A DNA stretch of 64,000 nt from Vicinamibacteria bacterium. Lineage in GTDB: Bacteria; Acidobacteriota; Vicinamibacteria; Fen-336. The position numbers and the translations under genes were made by a program. The stretch is from positions 6,703-70,702 of the forward strand of contig CAUZDW010000015.1 of NCBI GenBank assembly GCA_963578825.1, given 5' to 3'. Position 1 is the first letter of the stretch. The number at the start of each line of letters is the position of its first letter. Shown piece by piece: positions 20,310-30,286 of this stretch. The notes beneath the pieces were generated by a model. That model did not search any database. It had not been told where the DNA came from and saw only the letters and a list, made by a program, of their open reading frames with translations.

Positions 20310-22762
20310 TATTCACCAGACTGCTGCAGCGCCGCGCCATGGCGCGCCCGAAATCCCGCGGCAATGCCGGGTATACTCGATGGGTTCCGGACATGCGCGA
20401 CACAGCAAGAAGGGTGTACTCGCCGCAGCGCTTCCGCGTGGTGGTGGCGCTGCTCACCCTCATCTTCCTTCCGATCGTCATCGGCGCCTCGGTCCTCATC
20501 TACCACTACGTCCGGTTCAGCGTCCTAGTGGAGCAGCGCCTGCAGGGCGAGCGCTGGCAGATTCCCTCCCGGGTCTACGGCCGCCCCCTGGTGCTTCGGC
20601 CCGGGCTCGTGATGGACGCGGGCTGGCTCGCCGACATCCTGAACGGGCTGCGCTACACCCAACGGACGAACGAGCCCGCGGCGCCCGGGGAGTTCGCGAC
20701 CGTCGACGAGGGCCTGCGCCTCTGGCCCAGGGTCGTGCCGGGCGGCGTCGACGAGCCGCTCCTCGTCGTCTTCGACGAGGGAGTGGTGAAGGAGATCCGG
20801 GATCGAGAGGCGCGGACGTACACCTCCCAGACCCTCGAACCCGAGCTCATCACGTATCTCTTCGACGAGAGCCGGGAGAAGAGACGTCGGATCCGCTACG
20901 AGGACCTGCCCGAGCATCTCGTTCAGGCCGTCCTCGCCATCGAGGACCGGCGCTTCTTCAGCCACCCCGGGCTGGACCCATTCGCCGTGGTGGGCGCGAT
21001 CGTGCGAAACCTGAGGACCGACAGCGAGATCCCCCACGGCGCCAGCACGATCACCCAGCAGCTCTGCAAGAACTTCTTCCTGACCCCGGAGCGGACCCTC
21101 GAGCGCAAGATGCAGGAAGCGTTCCTCGCGTTCGTGCTGGAGCGGCGGGCCTCGAAGGAGGAGATCCTCGAGCTGTACCTGAACGAGGTCTACCTCGGCC
21201 AGGGAGGCTCGTTCAGCCTGAACGGAGTGGGCCAGGCGGCGAGCCGCTACTTCCGCAAGGACGTCGGCAACCTCACCCTGCCGGAGTCGGCTGTCCTGGC
21301 CGGGATGATCCAGCTGCCGAACCGCTACAACCCCTTCCGCCACCCCGAGCGCGCGACCGCTCGACGAAACGCCGTCATCCGTGCCATGAACGACGCCGGC
21401 TTCATCGACGTCGAGACGATGGAGCAGACTCTGGCCACCCCGCTCCTGGTGGAGTCGACGAGCGTCGACCTCACCGACGCCCCGTACTTCGTGGACCTGG
21501 TCCGCCGCCAGCTGGCACAGCGCTACGATCCGAACGACCTCACGACGCAGAACCTCTCTATCTACACGACGCTCGACCTCCATCTGCAGGCCCTCGCCCA
21601 GCGGGCGCTCGAGCAGGGCCTCGACGACGTCCAGGAGATGATCAAGAAGCGCACGGAGAAGATGGTGCAGGGATCGCTCATCGCGATCGAGCCCCTGAGC
21701 GGCAAGGTGGTGGCCCTCGTGGGAGGCCGCTCGTACGGAGCGAGCCAGTACAACCGGGTGACGGAGGCCCGCCGCCAGCCCGGAAGCACCTTCAAGCCGT
21801 TCGTCTACCTCGCCGCCTTCGAAGCCACGTTCGAGGATCCGAGCCTGCCACCCATCACACCGGCGACGATCGTCGAGGATGCTCCCGCCGTATTCTTCTA
21901 CGAGGACAGGGAGTACACTCCCCAGAACTACGAGAACACGTACTTCGGATTCGTCACTCTTCGCCGTGCCCTAGCCAAGAGCCTGAACGTGGCCACGGTC
22001 AAGGTGGCGGAGATGGTCGGCTACGAGCGTATCGCCCACCTGTGGTCGGAGAAGCTGGGCAGCGGGGCTCCGATCCAGCCGTTCCCCGCCATCGCCCTCG
22101 GCTCGTTCGAAACGACCCCTTTCGAGATGGCCACCGCGTACAACGTGCTGGCCAGCGGCGGATACAGGATCGAGCCGGTGACGGTGCTCCGGGTGAACGA
22201 CGAGGGCGGCCGGGTCCTCGAGCAGCACTACGCCCCGGTCCCCGAGCGCGTCATCCGGGAAGAGTCGGCGTTTCTCCTGACGAGCATGCTGCAGAGCGTC
22301 ATGACCGAGGGCACGGCGGCGTCGTCGAGGGCTCGCGGCTTCACCCTGGACGCCGCCGGCAAGACGGGCACCACGAACGACTACCGCGACGCCTGGTTCG
22401 CCGGCTACACCCCCGACCTCCTGTGCATCGTCTGGGTCGGCTTCGACGACAACACCCCCGTGGGGCTCTCCGGCACCCGGGCCGCCCTGCCGATCTGGGT
22501 GAATTTCATGAAGGGGGCTCTGAACGGGACCGAGAACGTGCCATTCACGCCGCCCGGGGAGAACGTGATCTTCGTCGAGATCGATGCGGAGACGGGCCTC
22601 CTGGCGACCCCTCTGTGCTCGAAGACCCGCCGCGAGACCTTCATCGCGGGCACCGAACCCCGGGTCCGCTGCCAGGCACACACCGTCGAGTGGCGGCCGA
22701 TCTCGGACCCCGAGGGAATCGCAGCGGCGCCTCTCACGAGCCTTCCCCTTCGTCGCCCTTGA
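20276..22762 (+). CDS. mrcA: class A penicillin-binding protein (transglycosylase/transpeptidase, PBP1A-like)
   Basis: GT51 motifs: AVLAIEDRRFFSHPGLD, TITQQLCKNFFL, ELYLNEVYLGQG. Transpeptidase motifs: STFKPFVYLAA (SxxK), SLN, KTGTT. An N-terminal TM anchor is present. The true start is probably an internal ATG at about 20339. Confidence 0.85.
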   Translation: MIRLLARAWPALFTRLLQRRAMARPKSRGNAGYTRWVPDMRDTARRVYSPQRFRVVVALLTLIFLPIVIGASVLIYHYVRFSVLVEQRLQGERWQIPSRVYGRPLVLRPGLVMDAGWLADILNGLRYTQRTNEPAAPGEFATVDEGLRLWPRVVPGGVDEPLLVVFDEGVVKEIRDREARTYTSQTLEPELITYLFDESREKRRRIRYEDLPEHLVQAVLAIEDRRFFSHPGLDPFAVVGAIVRNLRTDSEIPHGASTITQQLCKNFFLTPERTLERKMQEAFLAFVLERRASKEEILELYLNEVYLGQGGSFSLNGVGQAASRYFRKDVGNLTLPESAVLAGMIQLPNRYNPFRHPERATARRNAVIRAMNDAGFIDVETMEQTLATPLLVESTSVDLTDAPYFVDLVRRQLAQRYDPNDLTTQNLSIYTTLDLHLQALAQRALEQGLDDVQEMIKKRTEKMVQGSLIAIEPLSGKVVALVGGRSYGASQYNRVTEARRQPGSTFKPFVYLAAFEATFEDPSLPPITPATIVEDAPAVFFYEDREYTPQNYENTYFGFVTLRRALAKSLNVATVKVAEMVGYERIAHLWSEKLGSGAPIQPFPAIALGSFETTPFEMATAYNVLASGGYRIEPVTVLRVNDEGGRVLEQHYAPVPERVIREESAFLLTSMLQSVMTEGTAASSRARGFTLDAAGKTGTTNDYRDAWFAGYTPDLLCIVWVGFDDNTPVGLSGTRAALPIWVNFMKGALNGTENVPFTPPGENVIFVEIDAETGLLATPLCSKTRRETFIAGTEPRVRCQAHTVEWRPISDPEGIAAAPLTSLPLRRP

Positions 22763-22803
22763 CCGTGCCCAGGAGGCGGTTTACCCTCTGAGGCTCGAGC
22801 AAC

Positions 22804-22878
22804 GGGCGCTTAACTCAGCGGTAGAGTGCCACCTTCACACGGTGGAAGTCGCAGGTTCGAACCCTGCAGCGCCCACCA
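22804..22878 (+). tRNA. tRNA-Val (anticodon CAC)
   Basis: GGGCGCT/AGCGCCC acceptor stem, ACTC/GAGT D-stem, CCACC/GGTGG anticodon stem with loop TTCACAC, GCAGG-TTCGAAC-CCTGC T-arm, then discriminator A and an encoded CCA. Folded by eye. Confidence 0.85.
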
Positions 22879-22907
22879 ACGCCCTCCTCCACTCCCCAAA
22901 ACGACAC

Positions 22908-23630
22908 GTGAGCCCCCCCGCAGCGCCCGGTTCCGTCCCGGATCACCAGGCCACGAAGCGCCCGTACCGGTACTACGACCTGGTGATGGCGGCCTTCGTC
23001 ACCGTGCTTCTGTGCGCGAACGTGATCGGGGCCGCCAAGGTGGCCCAGATCGGCCGGTTCACTTTCGGAGCCGGTGTTCTCTTCTTCCCGATCAGCTACG
23101 TGTTCGGGGACATCCTGACGGAGGTCTATGGCTACGCCCGTGCCCGAAAGGTCGTCTGGGCCGGTTTCGCCGCCCTCGCCTTCGCTTCGTTCATGAGCTG
23201 GGCGATCCTGGCCTTCCCCCCCGCAAAGGGCTGGCCCCACCAGGAGGCCTACGAGACGGTCTTCGGCGCCACCCCCCGGATCGTCCTCGCCTCGCTCATC
23301 GCCTACTTCTTGGGAGAATTCTGCAACTCGTACGTGCTCGCAAAGATGAAGCTCTTCACGAAGGGTCGACAGCTCTGGGCCCGGACGATCGGCTCTACCA
23401 TCTTCGGCGAGGCGGTCGACTCTGCGATCTTTTACCCTATCGCCTTCCTCGGCGTGTGGGAGACCGAGCTGGTCTGGCGCGTGATGCTGAGCAACTACAT
23501 GCTCAAGGTGCTCTGGGAGACGCTGATGACGCCGCTCACCTACCGCATCGTGAACTTTCTGAAACGCGCCGAGAACGAAGACTGCTTCGACAGCGACACG
23601 AACTTCACGCCGTTCTCCCTGCAGACGTGA
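22908..23630 (+). CDS. queuosine-precursor transporter (YhhQ/DUF165, VUT family)
   Basis: RPYRYYDLVMAAFVTVLLCANVIGAAK...PISYVFGDILTEVYGY...GEFCNSYVLAKMK are YhhQ-family hallmarks. A GTG start at 22908 follows directly downstream of the tRNA. Confidence 0.7.
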   Translation: MSPPAAPGSVPDHQATKRPYRYYDLVMAAFVTVLLCANVIGAAKVAQIGRFTFGAGVLFFPISYVFGDILTEVYGYARARKVVWAGFAALAFASFMSWAILAFPPAKGWPHQEAYETVFGATPRIVLASLIAYFLGEFCNSYVLAKMKLFTKGRQLWARTIGSTIFGEAVDSAIFYPIAFLGVWETELVWRVMLSNYMLKVLWETLMTPLTYRIVNFLKRAENEDCFDSDTNFTPFSLQT

Positions 23631-23642
23631 CGACAACGCGCG

Positions 23643-24284
23643 TCAGTCCAGCTCGGTCGGGAGAGCCGGATCCCGGTGGTGCGCGAAGGCGATGGCGATC
23701 TGTCCGGAGGTCGTGCGGTCGGGATCGAGCTCGAGCTCGCGAATCGCGTCTTCGTTGAAGAAGCCCACGTCGTCGATCTCGTGACTGGTCCGCGGCTCGC
23801 CACTCTCGAGGTGGCACCCGATCAGGATCTTGTACGTGTAGTCCAGCGAGGGCGGGTGTTCGTGGCGTGTCTTGTCCAGGATCGCCAGCGCCTTCTCCGC
23901 TCGCACGCGGTAGCCGCTCTCCTCGAGAGTCTCCCGCTCGGCCGCGGCGCTGGGCGTGTCTCCCACGTCGGCCCAGCCCCCGGGAAACGTCCAGCCCCGG
24001 GATCGACGCTCGCGCACGAGGAGCAGCTCGTCGCCGCGGAAGACCACCGCACGCACGTCCACCTTGGGCGTGGGATAGCCCCTTCCGGAGGTCAAGACGG
24101 GCCGCACCGCGTCGGTGTCTTCATCCAGGCCGGCGGCGGTCATCTCGACGGCGATTTCCCGAAGCTGCTCGTATCGCTCCCGATCGTAGGGATCCTCGGA
24201 GTACGTGAGCCCGGTCTGGGCGATCGCCTGGACTCTCTGGGCCCAGCGGAGCCAGTCGGGCCGCCGATCTTCGTCGCCGCTCAC
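23643..24284 (-). CDS. NUDIX hydrolase with an N-terminal extension domain
   Basis: Nudix box GGWADVGDTPSAAAERETLEESG (Gx5Ex7REUxEExGU). A GTG start at 24284 overlaps the upstream stop (GTGA). The ORF track extends upstream into garbage. Confidence 0.75.
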   Translation of the reverse strand: MSGDEDRRPDWLRWAQRVQAIAQTGLTYSEDPYDRERYEQLREIAVEMTAAGLDEDTDAVRPVLTSGRGYPTPKVDVRAVVFRGDELLLVRERRSRGWTFPGGWADVGDTPSAAAERETLEESGYRVRAEKALAILDKTRHEHPPSLDYTYKILIGCHLESGEPRTSHEIDDVGFFNEDAIRELELDPDRTTSGQIAIAFAHHRDPALPTELD

Positions 24285-25303
24285 CGGCCGACGGCACCGT
24301 CCACGGCGGCCCGGCGCGCGCGCTCCAGCTCGTCGTCGATCACCTTGGCAAACGCCTCGAAGGGTTGGGCCCCCACGAGCGGCCGGCCGTTGATGAAGAA
24401 CGCGGGCGTCCCGGAGACACCGAGGCGCGCACCTTCCCGGGCGTCCTCCTCCACGAGCGAGGCGTAGCGACCCAAGTCGAGACATCGGGTGAAGGCCTCG
24501 GTGTCGAGACCGAGCGTGGTGGCGTGCTCCTTCAGGTCCGCGGGTCGGAGCTTGCTCGAGTTGGCCCACAGCCGATCGTGCATCTCCCAGAAACGATCTT
24601 GATCTCCCGCGCAGGACGCGGCTTCCCCGGCTTTCTGGGCCTGTTGGTGGAACGCGAGGGGAAAATGACGAAAGGCGAACCGCACCTCGTCTCCGTAGAC
24701 TTCGCGGACACGCTTGAGCGCCGGACGGGCTCGGACGCAGTAGGGGCACTGGAAGTCGGAGAACTCGACGATGGTCACGGGGGCGTCGGCGCTCCCGCGC
24801 ACCGGGCCGTCGCCCGTCCCGACCTCGAGGCGAAACGGCTCGAGCCGCACCTCCACCGGATACTTCCCCCGCAGCTCCAGCGCGAAGGCCGCCCGGCGCT
24901 CGCCCTGGCGCTGCCGCCCGAGGCCGGTCACGATCTGCCGGATGGCCTCCGCTTCGCCCACGCCACCGAAGCGGGCGCGGTTGGCTTCGTAGAACTCTTT
25001 CGCCTCGGCCGGACTGACGCGAGCTTTGTTGGTGACCTCCGTGCGTGTGAGCTCCGCCACGCTCACGCGCCGTGCTGCCGCCTCCCGATCGAGGAGCGCC
25101 TGTGCGATGAGCTCTTCGAGCCCCTTCCGCCGAAGCTGGTCTTCTCGTTGGCGCAGGTCCAGCATCTGTCCCTGGATCGTGGCCTCGAGGGCCTCGGAGC
25201 TGATCGGCATTCCGTCGACGATGGCCACCGCTTCGTCGGCCGCGGCGACGCCGGGCACCAGCCCCGCCACCAACGCGATCGCCGCTACTCGTGTCTGCCT
25301 CAT
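24281..25303 (-). CDS. DsbA-family thiol:disulfide oxidoreductase with an N-terminal chaperone-like domain, periplasmic
   Basis: Signal peptide MRQTRVAAIALVAGLVPGVAAA. Thioredoxin-fold active site FSDFQCPYC. C-terminal motif GTPAFFINGRP. The ATG at 25301-25303 was chosen as the start. Confidence 0.75.
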   Translation of the reverse strand: MRQTRVAAIALVAGLVPGVAAADEAVAIVDGMPISSEALEATIQGQMLDLRQREDQLRRKGLEELIAQALLDREAAARRVSVAELTRTEVTNKARVSPAEAKEFYEANRARFGGVGEAEAIRQIVTGLGRQRQGERRAAFALELRGKYPVEVRLEPFRLEVGTGDGPVRGSADAPVTIVEFSDFQCPYCVRARPALKRVREVYGDEVRFAFRHFPLAFHQQAQKAGEAASCAGDQDRFWEMHDRLWANSSKLRPADLKEHATTLGLDTEAFTRCLDLGRYASLVEEDAREGARLGVSGTPAFFINGRPLVGAQPFEAFAKVIDDELERARRAAVDGAVGR

Positions 25304-25572
25304 GGGCCTTCCTCTCCATCCCGCCGGGGCGGGGGCTCGCCGAACGCGAGGGCGCCGAAGCTGACGACGCTCTCGGGGTCGATGTTCCACTCCTCATAGC
25401 GTAGCAGCGTCCCGCGAGGAGAGCCCGTCGCCCTCAGAAACGTGTAGAAAGCGGAGGTCCCGCACCATCGAAGGCATACCGGAAGGGGTCTCGGAGCAGG
25501 ACCCCGGGTCGGTCCCTGACCGGCGAGGGCATCACGTCGAGTCCCCGGCGCAGGGGCGGCAGTCGCTGGGAC

Positions 25573-26007
25573 ATGGAACGGGCATCGTACACCCCACTCC
25601 CGGGGGTTGTAGTATTGAAGATGGTGGCAGCGGGAACGCATACATGGGTCTGCCCGGCGTGTGGTCGCCGGGTGCCGCTTCGGGTCGGATCGTGTCATTG
25701 CGGGATGTCACGGGAGCGGGCCGAGGAGCTGGCCGCAGCCCAGGCTCGAGCTGTGCAGCCAGCGGCGCGACCCGCGCGACCGACGGCGCGCAGCCCCCGG
25801 ACGCCCAGCGAGCCGCTCCCGGGCGACGTCAAGGCTCTCCTGGTCGGAGCCGCTCTGGTGGCGCTGGCGGGGATCGGCTGGCTCGCCTTCGGGCCCCCAT
25901 CCGACCCGATCGTCCCGGTGCTCGGGTTCGTCGACACCGGCCCTCCCCCCGCCCCGCGACCCTCGCCTCCCCCAGAGCCGGCTTTCAAGCTCCCGTGGTG
26001 GAAGTAG
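25573..26007 (+). CDS. hypothetical zinc-ribbon membrane protein
   Basis: WVCPACGRRVPL...GSCHCG is a CxxC...CxC ribbon. It is followed by a Pro/Arg linker and one TM (LLVGAALVALAGIGWLAF). Confidence 0.35.
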   Translation: MERASYTPLPGVVVLKMVAAGTHTWVCPACGRRVPLRVGSCHCGMSRERAEELAAAQARAVQPAARPARPTARSPRTPSEPLPGDVKALLVGAALVALAGIGWLAFGPPSDPIVPVLGFVDTGPPPAPRPSPPPEPAFKLPWWK

Positions 26008-26056
26008 GCTCGGGCGCCGACACCCCTTCTCGCACGCGTCCACCGAAGACGAGCTC

Positions 26057-27148
26057 ATGAGGCGCGTCCGGCGATGGGCTGCGCTGCTCGTGTACCTTGC
26101 GGCCGTCCTGGTCTTCTTCGAGATGAGTGCGCGAGCCGTGCTCTCGCGCAAGGAGATGTTTCGCCTGGTGGCAGGTGTGGACGAAGCCTCGTCGCGGCTT
26201 CGCTGGGCGCGGCGGCAGGATCGCCGTCCCCTGGTCCAACCCTTCGACGTCTACCATCCCGTTCGAGGCTGGGCGCTGCGACCCGGGTTGCGCGACGTCC
26301 CGGCGTTCGACGGCAAGCGGTTGAGCTCCACCGACCGCGGCTACCGGGGGCGCGACAGTGTGGGCGATCAGGATTCATCCGGACGAGTGCGAATCGCGGC
26401 CCTCGGCGACTCGTTCACATTCGGCGAAGACGTGGGCGACGACGAGACGTGGGTCCGACAGCTCGCAATCCTACATCCGGGCGTCGAGACGGTGAACCTC
26501 GGGGTCCACGCCTACGGGCACGACCAGATGCTCCTCACGCTACGCGAGGAAGGCCCTCGGCTGCGCCCGGACATGGTGCTCGTAGGTTTCGTGCACATCG
26601 ACCTCGAGCGCAACCGGACGGCGTTCTTCGACTACGCCAAGCCGAAGTTCGTCCTCGAGGAGGGATTGCTCGAGCTCGCCAATGTCCCGGTCCCGACTCC
26701 GGAGGAGCTCCTGGCAAGCGAAAGGTGGCGCTCCAAGTTCCTCGATCTCATCTCCATGCTGCGCGCCCGGGTGTGGGACCGCACGGGCCTCGAAGCGCGG
26801 GCCCGCGACGCCCTCGGGGTGGCCCTGCTCGAGGCCCTTCGCGACGGGGCAGACGACGTCGGGGCCCGACCCGTGTTCGCCTACCTGCCCATCCTCGATG
26901 AGATCGGAGCATCGGATCCTTCGCCGAGCGAACGCTTCTTCGAGGCGACGTGCCGTGCCTCGGGGCTGGCCTGCGTCAACCTGCGCCCGGCGTTTTCTCT
27001 CCGAGTCCGGGCCGGCCAGCGGCTCAAGAGGCGCGGACACTGGGGGCCGACGGAGCACCGCGCCGCAGCAGAGGACCTCCTCGCCCTGCTCAGCGAACGA
27101 GGTCTCGTGCCTCCTCCCGGCGCGACCGACCGTCCCGTGCAGCACTGA
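26057..27148 (+). CDS. SGNH/GDSL-family hydrolase
   Basis: An N-terminal TM or signal (MRRVRRWAALLVYLAAVLVFF), block I motif RIAALGDSFTFGEDVG (GDSx), and a C-terminal catalytic DxxH-like HWGPTEH. The ATG at 26057 was chosen; the track ORF starts far upstream in garbage. Confidence 0.6.
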   Translation: MRRVRRWAALLVYLAAVLVFFEMSARAVLSRKEMFRLVAGVDEASSRLRWARRQDRRPLVQPFDVYHPVRGWALRPGLRDVPAFDGKRLSSTDRGYRGRDSVGDQDSSGRVRIAALGDSFTFGEDVGDDETWVRQLAILHPGVETVNLGVHAYGHDQMLLTLREEGPRLRPDMVLVGFVHIDLERNRTAFFDYAKPKFVLEEGLLELANVPVPTPEELLASERWRSKFLDLISMLRARVWDRTGLEARARDALGVALLEALRDGADDVGARPVFAYLPILDEIGASDPSPSERFFEATCRASGLACVNLRPAFSLRVRAGQRLKRRGHWGPTEHRAAAEDLLALLSERGLVPPPGATDRPVQH

Positions 27149-27947
27149 GGGTCGGCGCCGAACTCGACGATGGCCCTTCCGCGCTCAGCACACCGGGCTG
27201 GGTGGAGGGCGGCGTCAGCGTGTGCTCGAAAGCGGCGCGCACGAGCAGGGCGACAGCGGGGTCGACAGACAGCCTGGACGCGGTCAGGTGCTCGCGCTTC
27301 AGGCTCTCTGCCATGAGGATACCGCCGTGGCGGAGCGATGGGACGAGCGCGTGAATGATCTCGTGGGCGATGACCCATCCGAGCGCGACGCCGAGATTGC
27401 GGCGCGCGAGCACCAGGAGGTCGTTCGTCGACGAGCTCTGCGGCAACCCGAGCGCGGCGCGGACGCTGCCCACGTGGATCCAGACGAGGGGGTGGCCTCG
27501 AACCTCAGTCGGTGCCGCGCCCAGCACGGGACGTCCGGAGTCCCGGCGCACCAGGAGACGATTGACCAGGATGATGCGGATCTCCCCCGGGCGGGCGGCT
27601 TCGCCACCGCTGTCTTGACGCCAGATAACGTCGAGACCGACCTTTTCCAGGATCGATCGAACCTCGGATCGCGCAACCCCGCCCAGGCCCACCGCCGCGC
27701 TGCCGACGTCCAGCCAGGCCAGGAGCACCGCGGGGGTGCCGGAGGGTGCCGGGACCAGCCGCGAGGGCCATGCTGTCTTTCCGCGATGCGGCTCGGGGTC
27801 GCCCGCCCCCGCCGTGTTCGGGACAAGGGCGATGGCCAACGCCAGGATCTCGGCAGTCCCTCGTGGCGCCACAGGCCCTCCTCTCGCCCGCCCCGCGATC
27901 CACCTCATCCCAGGGCGGAACGCTCGACACAACTCGTGACGTGTCAC
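27090..27947 (-). CDS. putative zinc metallopeptidase-like protein (HExxH)
   Basis: VIAHEIIHALVP provides HExxH. Composition is moderately protein-like. The 3' end overlaps the convergent SGNH gene by about 59 nt. No family assigned. Confidence 0.3.
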   Translation of the reverse strand: MTRHELCRAFRPGMRWIAGRARGGPVAPRGTAEILALAIALVPNTAGAGDPEPHRGKTAWPSRLVPAPSGTPAVLLAWLDVGSAAVGLGGVARSEVRSILEKVGLDVIWRQDSGGEAARPGEIRIILVNRLLVRRDSGRPVLGAAPTEVRGHPLVWIHVGSVRAALGLPQSSSTNDLLVLARRNLGVALGWVIAHEIIHALVPSLRHGGILMAESLKREHLTASRLSVDPAVALLVRAAFEHTLTPPSTQPGVLSAEGPSSSSAPTLSAARDGRSRREEARDLVR

Positions 27948-28101
27948 TCAGGGAGACGCTCGGATGGTGCGCAGCGTTGCGTGAGTTGGCGGGAGAAGGG
28001 AGGGAGGCCCGGATGAGGGGCGAAGTCACTGAGAACGACTGGGTTGGGACGACGCCTGAGGCTACGGCGGGAGGCCTATCGGGGAAACTGGACGGCTCGG
28101 C

Positions 28102-30263
28102 TCAGCGCAGATCCGTCACCACGTACAAGTCAGACAAACGCCGGATCAGTGAGAAGGCCCAGGCCTCGCCCGAGTGGGCCACCGTCACTTTTGTGAGGCC
28201 AAGCACACCGGAGCGGTCGGGGGGAGCCAGATCGGCGACGTATTCGCTTCGGCCCGTCGCCATGTCCACACGCCAGAGGGCCTCGGGCATCTGGAGTATC
28301 CGGTCTCGGAAATAGACCCGGTCGTGCTCGTCCCAGGCCACGGCTCGCCACTCGGGCTCGGCCCCGGCGAGCGGGACGGGATCGCCGCCGGTTGTGGAGT
28401 ACACGCAGTGGGCCTCGCCGTGGGGGCACCGAGTCACGAAGCGGGTCCCGTCGGGTGAGAACGTGTTGGAGTAGAGGACGACGCCATCGGGTAGCGGCAG
28501 CGGTCGCGACTCCCCGCTCGCTGCATCGACGAGCCAGGAGGCCCATCGGCCGGACGAGTCGCGGGTGGAGACGTAGATCGTCTTGCGATCCGGAAGCCAC
28601 CCGGCCATCTCGTGTGTCGCGGCTCCGGGGATCCGGCACTGGCGGGACTCTCCGGCGCCGGTGGGCACGATCTGAACGTGGTCGGGCGTTGTCACCGGAA
28701 TCATGAGGGCCCACTTCCCGTCGATGGAGAGGCTGGTCCCCCGCCCGGGGCCCAGCCTCATGGGCAGAGAGCCGTCGGTGGACCGCAGGTAGGACGTGTA
28801 GTCCGGCCCGCCTCCGTCACCGCTCTCGACGAGGAGAACCTGGCTCCCGTCGGCCGACAGCCCCTCGGCGCCGGAGACGTCGAGCCATGTGAGCTCGTGC
28901 AGCTTCTCCTGAGCGGTGCGCCCCAGGAACGTCTCGCCTCCGGTCCCGGTGCGCTCCAGGAGAACCCGGCCGTCGGGAGCAATGTCGTGCAGCACGAGCC
29001 GGCCCATCGCCGCGTGGATGTGTCGGACCCGCCCGTCTCGCGTGAGGGCATGGAGCTCGCTCTTCACTCCGACGCGGGCAGCGGTGAACCAGACCTCGTC
29101 GCCGCCCGGCGACCATGCCAGCCCGTCGAGGCTGCCCCAGGGGCCCGAGACCGCCAGGCGCTCGCCGTCGCGATTCATGATGACGACCTGCCCGCGATCG
29201 TCGCCGAACATCATGTGCTCTTGCAGCGCCAGCAGCTCTCCATCCGGGGAGAGGCGGAGGCGACTCACGTCGTTCGTCTCGCCGAGGGAGCGACCGATCG
29301 GGTACTCGAGTCGGAAACGGTTTTCCTCGATGCGCACCACCGCGAACTCTGATGCGTCGGCCGTCCAGTCGGCTGCTCGGATGCCCTGCGAGACCTCCCG
29401 CGGCGGCCCGCCGGCCAGCGGTGCCCGAGCCAGGACCCGGCGCCGGAGAAAAGCCACCTCCGAATCGGAGGCCGCCACGATGCGGGAATTGACGATGCCG
29501 AGCGACCGGCTCTCACGGGCGCCACTGTTCATGAGCTGCATGTCCCGGGGGCGACCTTCCCACGACGCGACGTAGACGACCTGATGCTCCGGGCCGAACC
29601 GAGCCGGGGTGATGGCACCCCGATGGAAGGTGATCCTCTGGAAGCTGGGGGCGGGGCCTCGCTCTGCGGGAGACCACCGAGACGATAGGCAAAGGCAAGA
29701 GCGCTGAGGAAAACCACGGCGGCGGCGAGCACCAGCGCCACCGTGCTCCAGCGCGGCTCGACGGCAGCGCCTGGCGCGAGCATCGGGTCTCCCACACCGG
29801 CAGCGCTGCCGTCGGTGGACTGGCCTTCCGCGACGGGTCGCGGCCAGTCGTGTACCGTTGCGGGCGGCACCGCCCTCTCCACAGAGCCGCCCACCCAACG
29901 ATAGCCCCGGCGGGGCAGGGTCTCGACGTAGCGAGGGTGCAGGGCACTGTCGCCGAGGGCGGAACGGATCTGGCGAATGCAGAAGTTCAGCGATTGCTCG
30001 AAATCGACGAAGGTCCCGGCGGGCGAGACCGCGGACTGGATCTCTTCGCGAGTGACGACACGCCCGGGCTGGTCGACGAGCAGGGCCAGGACTTTGAAGG
30101 GCTGGGGCTGGAGGCGAACGAGGGCTCCGTTACGGCGCAGCTCGCCGCTCTTGACGTCCATTTCGAAGGCGCCAAAGCGGACGGCGTGAACCACGCCACC
30201 CTCCCGGGCCTGCGAGCTCGATTCCGCCATGCTGTGCACCCCGTTCCGGGCCGGGGCCGACAA
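28102..30263 (-). pseudogene. CadC/OmpR-type winged-helix transcriptional regulator with a TM segment and a periplasmic TolB-like beta-propeller; single-base frameshift, or sequencing indel, in a poly-C tract
   Basis: The 30263-29529 frame carries a trans_reg_C domain (LVRLQPQPFKVLALLVDQPGRVVTREEIQSAV...LPRRGYRWV) and a TM (WSTVALVLAAAVVFLSALAFAY). The 29898-28102 frame carries SFQRITFHRGAITPARFGPEHQVVYVASWEGRP... plus propeller repeats. The frames meet in gaggccccgcccccagc at 29640-29660. One extra C would restore ...SEAPPPSFQRITF. Confidence 0.65.
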
Positions 30264-30286
30264 TCATCCACGAGTTTGGACGCTCG

